Source: Alphaproteobacteria bacterium
GTDB taxonomy: Bacteria; Pseudomonadota; Alphaproteobacteria; Bin95
DNA: 64,000 nt
NCBI GenBank assembly: GCA_964291285.2
Contig: OZ219787.1
Span: 576,001-640,000, forward strand
Direction of reading: 5' to 3'
The notes under the pieces are model-generated. The model searched no databases, was not told the origin of the DNA, and saw only the letters and a program-made list of their open reading frames with translations. Of this stretch, positions 19,749 to 30,045 are shown in pieces; position 1 is the first letter of the stretch; every line of letters starts with the position of its first letter. The translations under genes were made by a program, and so were the position numbers.

Positions 19749-20939
19749 ATGCAGTTCAGCCGGGCCGAGGAAGACTTCCGCGAGGAGGTGCGCGCCTTCA
19801 TTCGCGACGAGCTGCCGCCGGATGTGCGGCACAAGGTGGTCTCCGGCATGGAGATCGCCAAGGACGACTACATGCGCTGGCACCGCGCGCTCCACGAACG
19901 CGGCTGGGTCGCGCCGACCTGGCCGGAGGAGCACGGGGGCGCGGGCTGGACGCCGGTGCAGCGCTACATCTTCGACGAGGAGGCCGGGCTGGCGGGCGCG
20001 CCCAGGCTTTCCGGCTTCGGGCTCGGTATGGTGGGGCCGGTGCTGATGGCCTTCGGGTCCGAAGAGCAGAAGGCCGAGCACCTGCCGAAGATCCTCTCCG
20101 GCGAGCGCGTCTGGTGCCAGGGCTATTCCGAGCCGGGCTCCGGGTCGGACCTTGCCTCGCTCAGGACGCGCGCCGTGCGGGACGGCGACGATTATGTCAT
20201 CAACGGCCAGAAGATCTGGACCTCGCTCGCCCACCATGCCGACTGGATCTTCTGCCTGGTGCGCACGAGCGAGGAGCCGAAGAAGCAGGACGGCATCTCC
20301 TTCCTGATCTTCCCGATGACGGCGCCCGGCATCGAGGTCCGCCCGATCGTCACGATGAACGGCCTGCGCCATGTAAACGAGACCTTCTTCACCGATGTGC
20401 GCGTGCCGGCCTCGAGCCTGGTGGGCGAGGAGGGGCGGGGGTGGACGATCGCCAAATACCTGCTCCAGCACGAGCGCATGAGCGGCGGCGGCGTGGGCGA
20501 GCTCAAGACGGCGCTCAAGCGCGTCAGGGACATCGCCGCCGGGGAAGCGTCCGACGGCGGCCGGCTGATCGACAATGCGGACTTCAGGCGGCGCTGCGCC
20601 GACATCGAAATCCAGCTTCTCTCCGTCGAGCAGGTGATGCTGCGGGCGCTGGCCGCCTATTCTGCGGACCGGGAGCTCGGCGCGCTCACCTCGATGATAA
20701 AGATCAGGCGGAGCGAGGTGCAGCAGGCGATCTCGGAACTGGGCGTCGAGGCGGCGGGCTATTACGCGTTGCCGATGGACGTGAACGCGCTCCGCCACGG
20801 CTGGAACGAGGAGCCCGTCGGCGACGAGGCCTTCAACGGCCTGCTTCCGGGCTATCTCTTCCTGCGCGCCGCCTCGATCTATTCCGGCTCCAACGAGATC
20901 CAGCGCAATATCGTCGCCAAGCACCAATTGGGGCTCTAG
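19749..20939 (+). CDS. Acyl-CoA dehydrogenase (PimC-like)
   Basis: WCQGYSEPGSGSDLASL, NGQKIWTS, IYSGSNEIQRNI. Confidence 0.93.
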   Translation: MQFSRAEEDFREEVRAFIRDELPPDVRHKVVSGMEIAKDDYMRWHRALHERGWVAPTWPEEHGGAGWTPVQRYIFDEEAGLAGAPRLSGFGLGMVGPVLMAFGSEEQKAEHLPKILSGERVWCQGYSEPGSGSDLASLRTRAVRDGDDYVINGQKIWTSLAHHADWIFCLVRTSEEPKKQDGISFLIFPMTAPGIEVRPIVTMNGLRHVNETFFTDVRVPASSLVGEEGRGWTIAKYLLQHERMSGGGVGELKTALKRVRDIAAGEASDGGRLIDNADFRRRCADIEIQLLSVEQVMLRALAAYSADRELGALTSMIKIRRSEVQQAISELGVEAAGYYALPMDVNALRHGWNEEPVGDEAFNGLLPGYLFLRAASIYSGSNEIQRNIVAKHQLGL

Positions 20940-21398
20940 ATGGTCCAGAGGTCGTTTCCCGTCACCTGGGACGAGTTGCACCGCGATACGCGGGCGCTGG
21001 CCTGGCGGCTGAGCGAGGCCGGCCCGTTCCGGGGCGTAGTCGGCATCGCGCGGGGCGGGCTGGTGCCGGCGGCCATCGTGGCGCGCGAACTGGAGCTGCG
21101 TTTCGTCGAGACCGTCTGCATCTCTTCCTACGACGACCGCGACCAGCGCGACCCGGTTGTGCTGAAAGCGCTCGAAGGCGAGGACGGCGAGGGCCTGCTG
21201 ATCGTGGACGACCTCGTGGATACGGGCGTCACCGCCCGCATCGTGCGCGCCATGCTGCCCAAGGCGCATTTCGCGACCGTCTATGCCAAGCCGGCCGGGC
21301 GGCCGATGGTCGACACCACGATAACGCAGGTGAGCCAGGACACCTGGATCGTCTTCCCCTGGGACGACGACGTGCCGATCAGCGAGCAGACCGCGTAA
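20940..21398 (+). CDS. gpt: Xanthine phosphoribosyltransferase
   Basis: [22 protein letters not shown] motif, [10 protein letters not shown]. Confidence 0.92.
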   Translation: MVQRSFPVTWDELHRDTRALAWRLSEAGPFRGVVGIARGGLVPAAIVARELELRFVETVCISSYDDRDQRDPVVLKALEGEDGEGLLIVDDLVDTGVTARIVRAMLPKAHFATVYAKPAGRPMVDTTITQVSQDTWIVFPWDDDVPISEQTA

Positions 21399-21414
21399 AG
21401 AAGCGCCCGGGGGA

Positions 21415-22269
21415 ATGGAAGAACTCGCAACCGGTTACGGCCTGATCGAAGGCCCCGTCTGGGACCCGGCCCGGCACTGCCTCTACTACTCCGACGTGCC
21501 GAACGGCGGCGTGTTCCGCCTGGACCGGGACGGCGGCGTCTCGGTGCAGTTCCCGCACCGCCGGGGCATCGGCGGCATGGCGCTGCACGAGGCCGGCGGA
21601 CTGGTGGTGGGCGGGCGGAACCTTGCCTTCAAGAGCTTCGCCGGCGGCCCGAGCCGGGTGCTGCTCGACAGTGACGTGACGGAGCACGCCATCGGCTTCA
21701 ACGATTTCACGACCGATCCGCAGGGCCGGCTGTGGGCGGGCTCGCTCGCCTTCCGGGTGTTCGGCGGGGAGGAGCCGCGGCCCGGCCACCTGCACCGGGT
21801 CGATCCCGACGGCAGCGCGCACACGCTCTCGGACGGGGTGATGCTGACCAACGGCATGGGCTTCTCGCCGGAGGGAACGCAGCTCTACCACGCGGACGCC
21901 CGCGCGGAGCTCATCCGCGTCTATGACGTGGACGAGGCGGGCGGCGTCTCTCCCTGGCGCGCGTTCGCGCGGATACCCGGCGACGTGCCGGACGGGCTTG
22001 CGGTGGCGGCCGACGGCACGGTCTGGGTGGCGCTCGCGCATGGCGGCCGGGTGGCGGTGTTCTCGCCGGAGGGCGAGGAAATCCGCTCGATCCCGGTGCC
22101 CCTGCCGATGGTCACCAGCGTCTGTTTCGGCGGCCCGGACCTCCGCGACCTCTACATCGTCACCGGCTCGCGCGGCGGCCCGCACGAGAATTGCGGCGCG
22201 GTGTTCCGCACCCGCGTCGAGGCGCCGGGCCTGCCGCTGGCCGACTGCCGGGTGCGCCTGCCGGAGTGA
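21415..22269 (+). CDS. SMP-30/gluconolactonase/LRE family protein
   Basis: EGPVWD, FND...DPQGRLW, NGMGFSP, PDGLAV, TSVCFGG. Confidence 0.92.
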   Translation: MEELATGYGLIEGPVWDPARHCLYYSDVPNGGVFRLDRDGGVSVQFPHRRGIGGMALHEAGGLVVGGRNLAFKSFAGGPSRVLLDSDVTEHAIGFNDFTTDPQGRLWAGSLAFRVFGGEEPRPGHLHRVDPDGSAHTLSDGVMLTNGMGFSPEGTQLYHADARAELIRVYDVDEAGGVSPWRAFARIPGDVPDGLAVAADGTVWVALAHGGRVAVFSPEGEEIRSIPVPLPMVTSVCFGGPDLRDLYIVTGSRGGPHENCGAVFRTRVEAPGLPLADCRVRLPE

Positions 22270-22303
22270 CCGGCGGGCGACGATACGAACGAAAGGACCT
22301 GCC

Positions 22304-22969
22304 GTGCGCACCACCGCTCCCAGCAACCGCTCCCGCCTGCGCCGCAAATATGAGCGCGGGCACTACGACAAGGAGAGCCTCTACGAGATCCTGGACGCCT
22401 GCCTGCTCGCGCATGTGGGCTATGTGCTGGACGGCGCCCCGGTGGTCACGCCGACGCTCTACTGGCGGGAAGGGGACCACATCTACTGGCACGGGTCCTC
22501 GGCGAGCCGGATGCTGCGCAAGTCCGCGGGTTACGAGGTCTGCCTGACGGTCTCGGAACTGGACGGCCTAGTGCTGGCGCGCTCGGGCATGCACCACTCG
22601 GTGAACTACCGCTCCGCGATGCTGTTCGGCACGGCGCGCAAGGTGACGCGCCGCGAGGACAAGATCGAGCGCATGCGCGTCTTCGTCGAACAGATGTTCC
22701 CGGGCCGCTGGGAGCAGTTGCGCGAGATCAACGAGCAGGAGGTCAAGGCGACCACCATCCTCGGCATGCCCATCGATGAGGCGGCCGCCAAGGTCCGCGC
22801 CGGCGGTCCCGTCGATGACGAGGAGGATTACGGCCACCCCGTCTGGGCCGGCGTCATCCCGTTTGCGCCCAAAACGCCCGGCGCGCCGATCCCCGACGAC
22901 CGCCAGGACCCGGACACGGCCGTGCCGGACCATGTGCGGCATTACCGGGTGGCGCGGACGGTTTCCTGA
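22304..22969 (+). CDS. Pyridoxamine 5'-phosphate oxidase-like flavin-binding protein
   Basis: RGHYD, YWHGSSASRM, DGLVLARSGMHHSVNYRS, WAGVIP; GTG start inferred. Confidence 0.88.
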   Translation: MRTTAPSNRSRLRRKYERGHYDKESLYEILDACLLAHVGYVLDGAPVVTPTLYWREGDHIYWHGSSASRMLRKSAGYEVCLTVSELDGLVLARSGMHHSVNYRSAMLFGTARKVTRREDKIERMRVFVEQMFPGRWEQLREINEQEVKATTILGMPIDEAAAKVRAGGPVDDEEDYGHPVWAGVIPFAPKTPGAPIPDDRQDPDTAVPDHVRHYRVARTVS

Positions 22970-23084
22970 CCGCGCGGTCCCGCCCGGCCCACGCGCCTTG
23001 ACCCCGAAATGGCGGGGTGCCACCGTCCGGCGTCGATGCGGGAGCCAAACACACCGGCTCGCAAAACAGAGGGAGTACCCGAAC

Positions 23085-24233
23085 ATGAGAAGAACCGCGA
23101 CGTTTCTTGCCGCGCTTGCCGCCGCCGCAATGGCGGGCGGTTCCGCCGGCCATGCCGGAGAGGTCAAACTGCCGGACACGCTCGTGACCACGGCCTACAA
23201 CACGGGCACGACCGGCTACAGCCAGATGATCGCCGTCGGCGGCATGCTGAAGAAGCGCTACAACGTCAATCTCCGCGTGCTGCCCGGCAAGAACGACGTG
23301 GCGCGGCTCGCGCCCGTGAAAGCCGGCAAGGCCCAGTTCACCGCGACCGGCTCCGACAGCGTCTACGCGCAGGAGGCGGTCTTCGCGTTCGGCGGTGAAA
23401 AATGGGGGCCGTCGCCCGTCCGTCTTCTCATGCTCAACCGCGGCAAGGGCTGCACGACCTTCGCCGTCGCGAAAGACGTGGGCGTGAAGACCATGGCGGA
23501 CCTCAAGGGCAAGCGTATCGGCTGGGTGCGGGGCTCGCCTGCGCTGCAGAAGGCCGTCGAGGCGCTGCTCGGCTTCGCTGACCTGACCATGAACGACGTG
23601 CAGCTGGTCGAGGTCGGCGGCTGGGCGGCCTCGATCAACGGCATCATCGACGGCGACATCGACGCCTCGATCACCTCGTCGAGCTCGACCTTCATGAAGA
23701 AGATGGAAGCGAGCCCGCGCGGCGTCTACCACCCGCCGCTGCCGCACTCCGACAGCGAGGGCTGGGCGCGCGTGCAGAACGTCGTGCCCTGGTACGTGCA
23801 GGGCATCTGCACGCACGGCCCCGGCGTGCCGGGCGGAAGCCAGGAATCCATCGCCAGCATCTATCCCATCCTGATCGGCACCACGGCGGTCTCCGATGAG
23901 GTCGCCTACAGCCTGACCAAGGCGATGGTGACGCATTTCGACGACTACAAGGACGGCGCGCCGGCGGCGGACGGCTGGGCGCTGGACCGCCAGCTTTACA
24001 ACTTCTACCTGCCGATGCATCCGGGCTCCATCGCCTTCTACAAGGAGGCGGGCACCTGGACCGCCGAGGGCCAGGCGAACCAGGAGGACAAGCTGCGCCG
24101 CCAGGATGTCCTGAAGACGGCGTGGGACGCCCATGTGGCGAGCGGGCCCGCCGACTTCGTGAAGGAATGGCAGGCGTCCAGGGCGAAGGCGCTGAGCGAC
24201 GCCGGGTTCGAGCCGGTCTTCACCACCTGGTAA
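23085..24233 (+). CDS. TAXI-family TRAP transporter solute-binding protein
   Basis: Signal peptide, TAYNTGTTGY, DLKGKRIGW, PMHPGSIAFYKEAG. Confidence 0.85.
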   Translation: MRRTATFLAALAAAAMAGGSAGHAGEVKLPDTLVTTAYNTGTTGYSQMIAVGGMLKKRYNVNLRVLPGKNDVARLAPVKAGKAQFTATGSDSVYAQEAVFAFGGEKWGPSPVRLLMLNRGKGCTTFAVAKDVGVKTMADLKGKRIGWVRGSPALQKAVEALLGFADLTMNDVQLVEVGGWAASINGIIDGDIDASITSSSSTFMKKMEASPRGVYHPPLPHSDSEGWARVQNVVPWYVQGICTHGPGVPGGSQESIASIYPILIGTTAVSDEVAYSLTKAMVTHFDDYKDGAPAADGWALDRQLYNFYLPMHPGSIAFYKEAGTWTAEGQANQEDKLRRQDVLKTAWDAHVASGPADFVKEWQASRAKALSDAGFEPVFTTW

Positions 24234-24303
24234 TCCGGACCCGGACGGGGCGGCCGCCGGCCGCTCCGTCCGGCTTTCGACCTGAACGGGGGGCGCCGGA
24301 GCC

Positions 24304-26316
24304 ATGTCCGACAAACCGGCCGCGGAAACCGGCGGCGAGGTCCAGGACCTCGAACTGTCCCGCTATCGCAGCCCGGGGCGCTGGTGGGTCTCGGTCGCCT
24401 TCCTGCTGACCGCCATATCCGTCGCGCTGGCGGCCAACCAGATATTCCGCCTGAACTTCTTCAAGAACGTCACCGGCCACGTCCTCGTCGATCAGCAATA
24501 CATGTATCTGATCCTCGGCTCGATGCTGGCGATGCTGTTCATCTTCATGCCGGCCTACAAATCGGCGCCGCGCCGCAGGGTCCCGCTCTACGACGTCGCG
24601 GCCTTTGCGCTGACGCTCGTCATGACCGCCTATTTCACCTGGCACGGCGAGGCCATCAACGAGGAGATCTGGGCCGAGACCTTCCTGGCGCCCTGGCACG
24701 CGCCCTGGTTCGCCGTGGCGCTCTGGCTGCTGATCCTCGAGGGCGGGCGGCGCGCGGGCGGCTGGCCGGTGTTCGGCGTGTGCCTGATCGCCTCCTTCCT
24801 GCCGGTCTATCTGAACGTCATCGTGCCGGACGCCGCCGTCGAGCGCACGGTGATGGAGACGGCCTCCTACCACGTCTATTCGGAAGAGAGCGTGCTCGGC
24901 ATCCCGATGCGCGCCTTCACGACGCTGGTCTTCGGCTTCCTGCTGTTCGGCAACGCGCTGGTCTATACCGGCGGCGGCCAGTTCTTCATCAATCTCGCCT
25001 TCGCGCTTCTCGGCCATGTGCGCGGCGGCCCCGCCAAGGTCGCGATCTTCTCCTCCGGCCTGTTCGGATCCATGTCGGGGGGGCCGATCACCAACGTGCT
25101 GACCACCGGCGCGCTCACCATCCCCGCCATGAAGCGCATCGGCGTGCGTCCGAAGACCGCCGGCGCCATCGAGGCCTGCGCTTCGACCGGCGGCACGATG
25201 ATGCCGCCGATCATGGGCGCCACCGCCTTCGTCATGGCGGACTTCCTCGACGTGTCCTACCTGACGGTCGCCATCGCCGCGCTGGTGCCGTCGCTGCTCT
25301 ACTATCTGGGCCTGTTCATGCAGATCGACGGCTATGCCGCGCAGAACAGGCTGGTCGGCCTCGACCGCTCGGAACTGCCGACGCTCGGGGCCGTGTTCAG
25401 GGACGGCTGGTACTATGTGGCCGCCTTCGGCGTGCTGATCTACCTGCTCGTCTTCCTCTGGCGGGAGGCGCAGGCGCCGTTCTACGCCACCCTGCTGCTG
25501 CTGGCCGTCAACCAGTTCAACCGGAACCACCGGCTGAGCTGGGAGACCTTCAAGACCTACATCTACTCGACGGGCGGCCTGCTGGCGGAACTCGCCGGGC
25601 TGCTCGCCGCGGTCGGCCTCGTCGTTGGCGCGCTGCAGGCGACCGGCATGACGGGGTCGATCACCAACGACCTCGTCAACCTCGCCGGCGACACGCCCTT
25701 CGTCCTGCTCCTCATGGGAGCGGTAACGAGCTTCATCCTCGGCATGGGGATGACGGTGACGGCGGCCTACATCTTCCTCGCCATCATCCTGGCGCCGGCG
25801 CTCATCAAGATCGGCATGAACCCGATGGCGGTGCACATGTTCGTGCTCTACTGGGGCATGCTGTCCTTCATCACGCCGCCGGTGGCGCTGGCGGCGTTCG
25901 CGGCGGCGTCGGTCGCCAAATGCGAGCCGCTGGAGACCGGCTTCGAGGCGATGCGGATCGGCGCGGTGATCTACGTCATCCCGTTCTTCTTCGTCTTCAA
26001 CCCCGCCCTGCTGCTCCAGGGCGCGCCGGGAGAGACGGTCGTCGTCCTGATTACCGCCGTGTGCGGCATCCTGCTGGTCAGCGCGGGCCTCCAGGGTTAC
26101 CTGCTTGGCGTCGGCGATGTCGGCCGCGGGCCGCCTGGATGGATCGCGCGCCTGTCGCTGGCGCTCGGCGGGGCCACGCTCGCCGCGCCGGGCGGCGGCA
26201 TGATCGGCATCGGGCACACGGAACTCACGCTGATCGCCGTGGCCGTGGCGGCGCCCGGCGTCCTGATCGCCTTCGCCCGCGCCCGCGCCCGCTCCCGCCG
26301 CGCCGCCGTCCCGTGA
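24304..26316 (+). CDS. TRAP transporter fused permease (4TM/12TM)
   Basis: GGPAKVAI, EACASTGG.MMPPIMGA.AF, LGMGM.VTAAY, ITPPVALAAF. Confidence 0.93.
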   Translation: MSDKPAAETGGEVQDLELSRYRSPGRWWVSVAFLLTAISVALAANQIFRLNFFKNVTGHVLVDQQYMYLILGSMLAMLFIFMPAYKSAPRRRVPLYDVAAFALTLVMTAYFTWHGEAINEEIWAETFLAPWHAPWFAVALWLLILEGGRRAGGWPVFGVCLIASFLPVYLNVIVPDAAVERTVMETASYHVYSEESVLGIPMRAFTTLVFGFLLFGNALVYTGGGQFFINLAFALLGHVRGGPAKVAIFSSGLFGSMSGGPITNVLTTGALTIPAMKRIGVRPKTAGAIEACASTGGTMMPPIMGATAFVMADFLDVSYLTVAIAALVPSLLYYLGLFMQIDGYAAQNRLVGLDRSELPTLGAVFRDGWYYVAAFGVLIYLLVFLWREAQAPFYATLLLLAVNQFNRNHRLSWETFKTYIYSTGGLLAELAGLLAAVGLVVGALQATGMTGSITNDLVNLAGDTPFVLLLMGAVTSFILGMGMTVTAAYIFLAIILAPALIKIGMNPMAVHMFVLYWGMLSFITPPVALAAFAAASVAKCEPLETGFEAMRIGAVIYVIPFFFVFNPALLLQGAPGETVVVLITAVCGILLVSAGLQGYLLGVGDVGRGPPGWIARLSLALGGATLAAPGGGMIGIGHTELTLIAVAVAAPGVLIAFARARARSRRAAVP

Positions 26317-26331
26317 TGCCGGCCGGGCGGG

Positions 26332-27522
26332 TCAGTCCCCGCCGCCGGCCACGAGCGCGGCGTAGCTCTCCGGGTCGGTCGCGGCTTCGGAGCCGACCAG
26401 CAGCACGCGGGACTCCCCGTCGAGGCCGAGCGCGGAGCGCAAGTCGTCGCTTCGGGCGGCGGCGATGAGGGCCGCGAGCCCGGCGACCGCGCTTTCGCCG
26501 GCCTCGATCTCCGGGTCGCCGCCGGCCGGGCGCGCGAGCAGGCGCATGGCGGGGCCGGTGAAGCTCTCCGGCACCGTCAGGAAGTCGCTTGCCTCCTCCG
26601 ACAGAATCTCCCAGGCCAGCGCCGAGGGCTCGCCGCAGGAGAGGCCGGCCATCAGCGTCTCCTCTTCGATGCGGATGTCCGTCCTGCCCCCGGCCCGCGC
26701 GCTCGCGAACAGGCAGGCGGCAAGCTCGGGCTCCACCACCACGATGCGCGGCGCCTCCCTGCCCCAGTGCTGGCGGAGGCCCGCGGCGACGGCGGCCGCC
26801 AGCCCGCCCACGCCCGCCTGCAGGAAAGCATGGGTCGGCGGCCGGTCCAGCGCATCGCGCACCTCTTTCACCATCACGCCGTAGCCCGCCATCACGTCGC
26901 GCGGCACCTCCGTGTAGCCCGGCCAGGAGGTGTCCGAGACCGCGAACCAGCCGTTCGCTTCCGCCTCCTCGCGGGAGAGCCTAACCGAGTCGTCGTAATT
27001 GCCGTCGATCCGCACCACTTCGGCGCCGAGCGCGCGCATGGCCTCCGCGCGGGCCTCGCTCACCCCGGCATGGATATGGATGCGGCAGGCGGCGCCGAAC
27101 CGCCGGCAGCCCCAGGCCAGCGCGCGGCCGTGATTGCCGTCCGTCGCCGCCACCAGAGTGACCCGGGACGCAAGCGCCGCATGCCTGCCCTCGCGGATAT
27201 CCGCCGCCGGAACGGGCCGCCCGAGCGCTGCCGAAACCTCCCGTTGCAGCACAAGCAGCGCCGCATAGGCCCCGCCCAGCGCCTTGAAGCTGCCGAGCCC
27301 GAAGCGCGGCCCCTCGTCCTTGTAGAGCACCCCGGCGATGCCCAGCGCCCCGGCGAGCGCGTCCAGCTCCAGCAGCGGCGTCGGCGCGTAGCCTTCCCAC
27401 GCGGCAATCTCGCCGACCGCCCCGGCAAAGTCCGCGGCCGAAATCACACGGCTTGCGGCGTCCCCGCTCCGGCAGAGCCCCGCGGCATGGCCCATCCGCG
27501 CGCCGTCGAACCCGTCCAGCAT
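26332..27522 (-). CDS. Diaminopropionate ammonia-lyase
   Basis: YKDEGPRFGLGSFKALGG PLP lysine, ATDGNHG, SDTSW, QAGVGG, MAGLSCGE. Confidence 0.9.
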   Translation of the reverse strand: MLDGFDGARMGHAAGLCRSGDAASRVISAADFAGAVGEIAAWEGYAPTPLLELDALAGALGIAGVLYKDEGPRFGLGSFKALGGAYAALLVLQREVSAALGRPVPAADIREGRHAALASRVTLVAATDGNHGRALAWGCRRFGAACRIHIHAGVSEARAEAMRALGAEVVRIDGNYDDSVRLSREEAEANGWFAVSDTSWPGYTEVPRDVMAGYGVMVKEVRDALDRPPTHAFLQAGVGGLAAAVAAGLRQHWGREAPRIVVVEPELAACLFASARAGGRTDIRIEEETLMAGLSCGEPSALAWEILSEEASDFLTVPESFTGPAMRLLARPAGGDPEIEAGESAVAGLAALIAAARSDDLRSALGLDGESRVLLVGSEAATDPESYAALVAGGGD

Positions 27523-27648
27523 CCGGCCCGTCCCCTAGCTTGCGAGGTCGCCGGCATGGCAGCAGCGGCCGCACTTGTCGAGGCCCCTTTGCCGCCGGCC
27601 CCGGACATGCTGCACTCCGCCGGCTCAACGAGACCCGGGAAGACGGCG

Positions 27649-28851
27649 ATGGAACAGCTCAGGACGATCCGCAACGGCGCGAAGGCCGTCCCCACATTCT
27701 CCGCCGCCGAGATGGAGCGCCGGCTGGCCGCGCTGCGCGCACATATGGCGGAGAAGCGGATCGACGCCTGCCTGTTCACCTCCTATCACAACATCGCCTA
27801 TTTCAGCGATTTCCTCTATTGCGCCTTCGGCCGCCCCTTCGGCCTCGTCGTCACCCATGACGGCCAGACGACGATCACGCCGAATGTGGACGGCGGCCAG
27901 CCGGCGCGCCGCAGCTTCGGCGACAATCTCGTCTATACCGACTGGCACCGGGACAATTATTTCGCCGCCGTGAAGACCCTGATCCCGGACGGCCGGCGGG
28001 TCGGCGTCGAGTTCGACCACCTGACCGTGGAGAACTTTCGCAAGCTGCAGGGCGCGCTGCCGGCCTCGGAACTGGTCGATGCCGGCAAACCCGCCATGGC
28101 CATGCGCATGGTGAAGTCCGCCGAGGAGATCGCCTGGATAAAGGAGGGCGCGCGCATCGCCGACATGGGCGGGGCGGCGGCCGTGGAGGCCATCGCCGTC
28201 GGCGTGCCGGAACATGAGGTGGCGCTTCATGCCACACAGGCCATGGTGCGCGGGATCGCCCGCAGCCAGCCGCATGTCGAACTCATGGACACATGGTCCT
28301 GGCTCCAGTCCGGCCCCAACAGCGACGGCGCCCACAACCCCGTCACCTCGCGCCGGATCGAGCGCGGCGACATCATGGTGCTGAACTGCTTCCCGATGAT
28401 GGCCGGCTATTACACGGCGCTCGAACGCACGCTGTTCGCGGAGGAGTGCTCCAACGCGCATCTGCGGCTCTGGCGGATCAATGTCGAGGTCCACGAGGCG
28501 GGCCTGGCGCTCATCCGCCCCGGCGCGCGCTGCCGCGACATCGCCGCCGAACTCAACGCCATCTACGAGGGCTACGGCCTTCTGGAGAACCGCAGCTTCG
28601 GCTACGGCCACAGCTTCGGCATCCTCTCCCACTATTACGGCCGCGAGGCCGGCCTGGAACTGCGCGAGGACGTGGACACCGTGCTTGAGCCCGGCATGGT
28701 GCTCTCGATGGAGCCGATGATGACCATCCCCGAAGACCGACCCGGCGCCGGCGGCTACCGCGAACACGACATCCTGGTGGTGACGGAGGACGGCGCGGAG
28801 AACATCACCGGGTTTCCCTACGGGCCGGAGCACAACATTGTGGGCGGTTAG
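27649..28851 (+). CDS. Creatinase (creatine amidinohydrolase, M24 fold)
   Basis: IRNGAK..PTFS, YCAFGR, DGAHNPVT, FGYGHSFG.LSHYYGREAGLELRED, GGYREHDIL. Confidence 0.92.
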   Translation: MEQLRTIRNGAKAVPTFSAAEMERRLAALRAHMAEKRIDACLFTSYHNIAYFSDFLYCAFGRPFGLVVTHDGQTTITPNVDGGQPARRSFGDNLVYTDWHRDNYFAAVKTLIPDGRRVGVEFDHLTVENFRKLQGALPASELVDAGKPAMAMRMVKSAEEIAWIKEGARIADMGGAAAVEAIAVGVPEHEVALHATQAMVRGIARSQPHVELMDTWSWLQSGPNSDGAHNPVTSRRIERGDIMVLNCFPMMAGYYTALERTLFAEECSNAHLRLWRINVEVHEAGLALIRPGARCRDIAAELNAIYEGYGLLENRSFGYGHSFGILSHYYGREAGLELREDVDTVLEPGMVLSMEPMMTIPEDRPGAGGYREHDILVVTEDGAENITGFPYGPEHNIVGG

Positions 28852-29031
28852 GGCGGCCCCGTCGCGGGCGGCGGACCCTATGGCCGCCATCCGGTGGCCA
28901 TAGCCGCTTTCCGGGACTGGACGAAAGTCCGCTTCATCGACGAGGCGGGCGACCTCGGAACGCTGCCTTCCCCGGTCTTCACCGAAACCTCTTCCATCCA
29001 CGCAGGTTGGGAGTCGCCATTTCGCCGCCAA

Positions 29032-29054
29032 AGATATACAATGTAGATATACAA
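29032..29054. promoter_or_regulatory. Putative MazE autoregulatory operator
   Basis: AGATATACAA direct repeat (29032-29041, 29045-29054) with an internal TACA-A-TGTA palindrome, directly before the AAGGAGG RBS. Confidence 0.6.
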
Positions 29055-29066
29055 GGAGGCATTCCT

Positions 29067-29306
29067 ATGGGCACGAACCTGCAGGTCGGGAAGTGGGGAG
29101 GCAGTCTGGCCGTGCGTATCCCCAAGGCGGTTGCAGAGCAATGCGGGATATCGGAAGGGGCCGCGATGGAGATGGACGTGCAGTCCGGCCGGATCGTGAT
29201 GTGGAAACGGCGCTACGACCTCGAAGACATGGTGAACCGGATCACGCCCGAGAACCTGCATCCGGAAGAGGATACGGGACCCTCGCGAGGCAACGAGCGG
29301 TGGTAG
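29067..29306 (+). CDS. mazE: AbrB/MazE antitoxin
   Basis: KWGGSLAVRIP, YDLEDMV..ITPENLH.E.DTG...GNE.W. Confidence 0.92.
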   Translation: MGTNLQVGKWGGSLAVRIPKAVAEQCGISEGAAMEMDVQSGRIVMWKRRYDLEDMVNRITPENLHPEEDTGPSRGNERW

Positions 29307-29935
29307 CCGGCGACTACATCCCGGACAGGGGGGACCTTGTGTGGCTGGAGTTCACGCCGCAGGCGGGCCGTGAGCAGGCCGGGCGCCGCCCCGCCCTGGT
29401 TCTGAGTCCGCGGAACTATAACGACAGAAGCAGTCTGGCGCTGCTCTGCCCGATCACTTCCAGGGTCCGGGGCTATCCCTTCGAGGTGCAGCTTCCACCA
29501 TCGGGCCCTGTCACCGGCGTCGTGCTTGCGGATCAGCTGAGAAGCCAGGACTGGCGGGCGAGGCACGCGAAATTCGCGGCGCGCGCTTCGCCGCAAACAC
29601 TATCCGAGACGCAGGAAAAAACCGGCGTTCTCATGTTCCCCAACCTTCCCGAATCAACTCAATCGATAAAGAGGGCGGAGCTTCTCAGGGCTGCGGATGC
29701 GTTTGCCGGCATGTTCGAACTGGTTTTCGACCATGACTGGCCGACTACCCGGGACAATCTGGCGAATCCCGCCCATCTCATCGATGAGCGAGGGACTTTC
29801 ATCCGACCTCTGATGGAGGACGAAAGCAACAATTGGGCCAATCGCGGCGCTTTGCTCGGCGCCTATCGCAAACTCCTGCGGTGCATGGAGGATTGCGGTA
29901 TCCAGCGGGAGGAGCTGTGGGAAACCCGCACATAG
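29300..29935 (+). CDS. mazF: MazF/PemK endoribonuclease toxin with ~100-aa C-terminal extension
   Basis: YIPDRGDLVWLEFTPQAGREQAGRRPALVLSP..YN, CPITS, YPFEV, LADQ...DW.AR; the frame stays open to 29935. Confidence 0.88.
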   Translation: MVAGDYIPDRGDLVWLEFTPQAGREQAGRRPALVLSPRNYNDRSSLALLCPITSRVRGYPFEVQLPPSGPVTGVVLADQLRSQDWRARHAKFAARASPQTLSETQEKTGVLMFPNLPESTQSIKRAELLRAADAFAGMFELVFDHDWPTTRDNLANPAHLIDERGTFIRPLMEDESNNWANRGALLGAYRKLLRCMEDCGIQREELWETRT

Positions 29936-30045
29936 TGTCGAGGACCCGTTCCGCATGGCGCGGTCTTCCGAACCGGAATCGGAGTAGCGTCTCAATCCCG
30001 GACCCCGCCGGACGATTCGGCGCCTCGGCCATAAGGCGCACTCTT

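Noticed and set aside
18756-21269. Long antisense/alternative-frame ORFs (837 aa here; also 41666-44128, 24220-26217, 54536-56503)
   Set aside because: Shadow ORFs of high-GC coding strands; they overlap well-supported genes and have no motifs.
28878-29261. Minus-strand 127-aa ORF over mazE
   Set aside because: Antisense to a clear mazE and its operator; no recognisable features.
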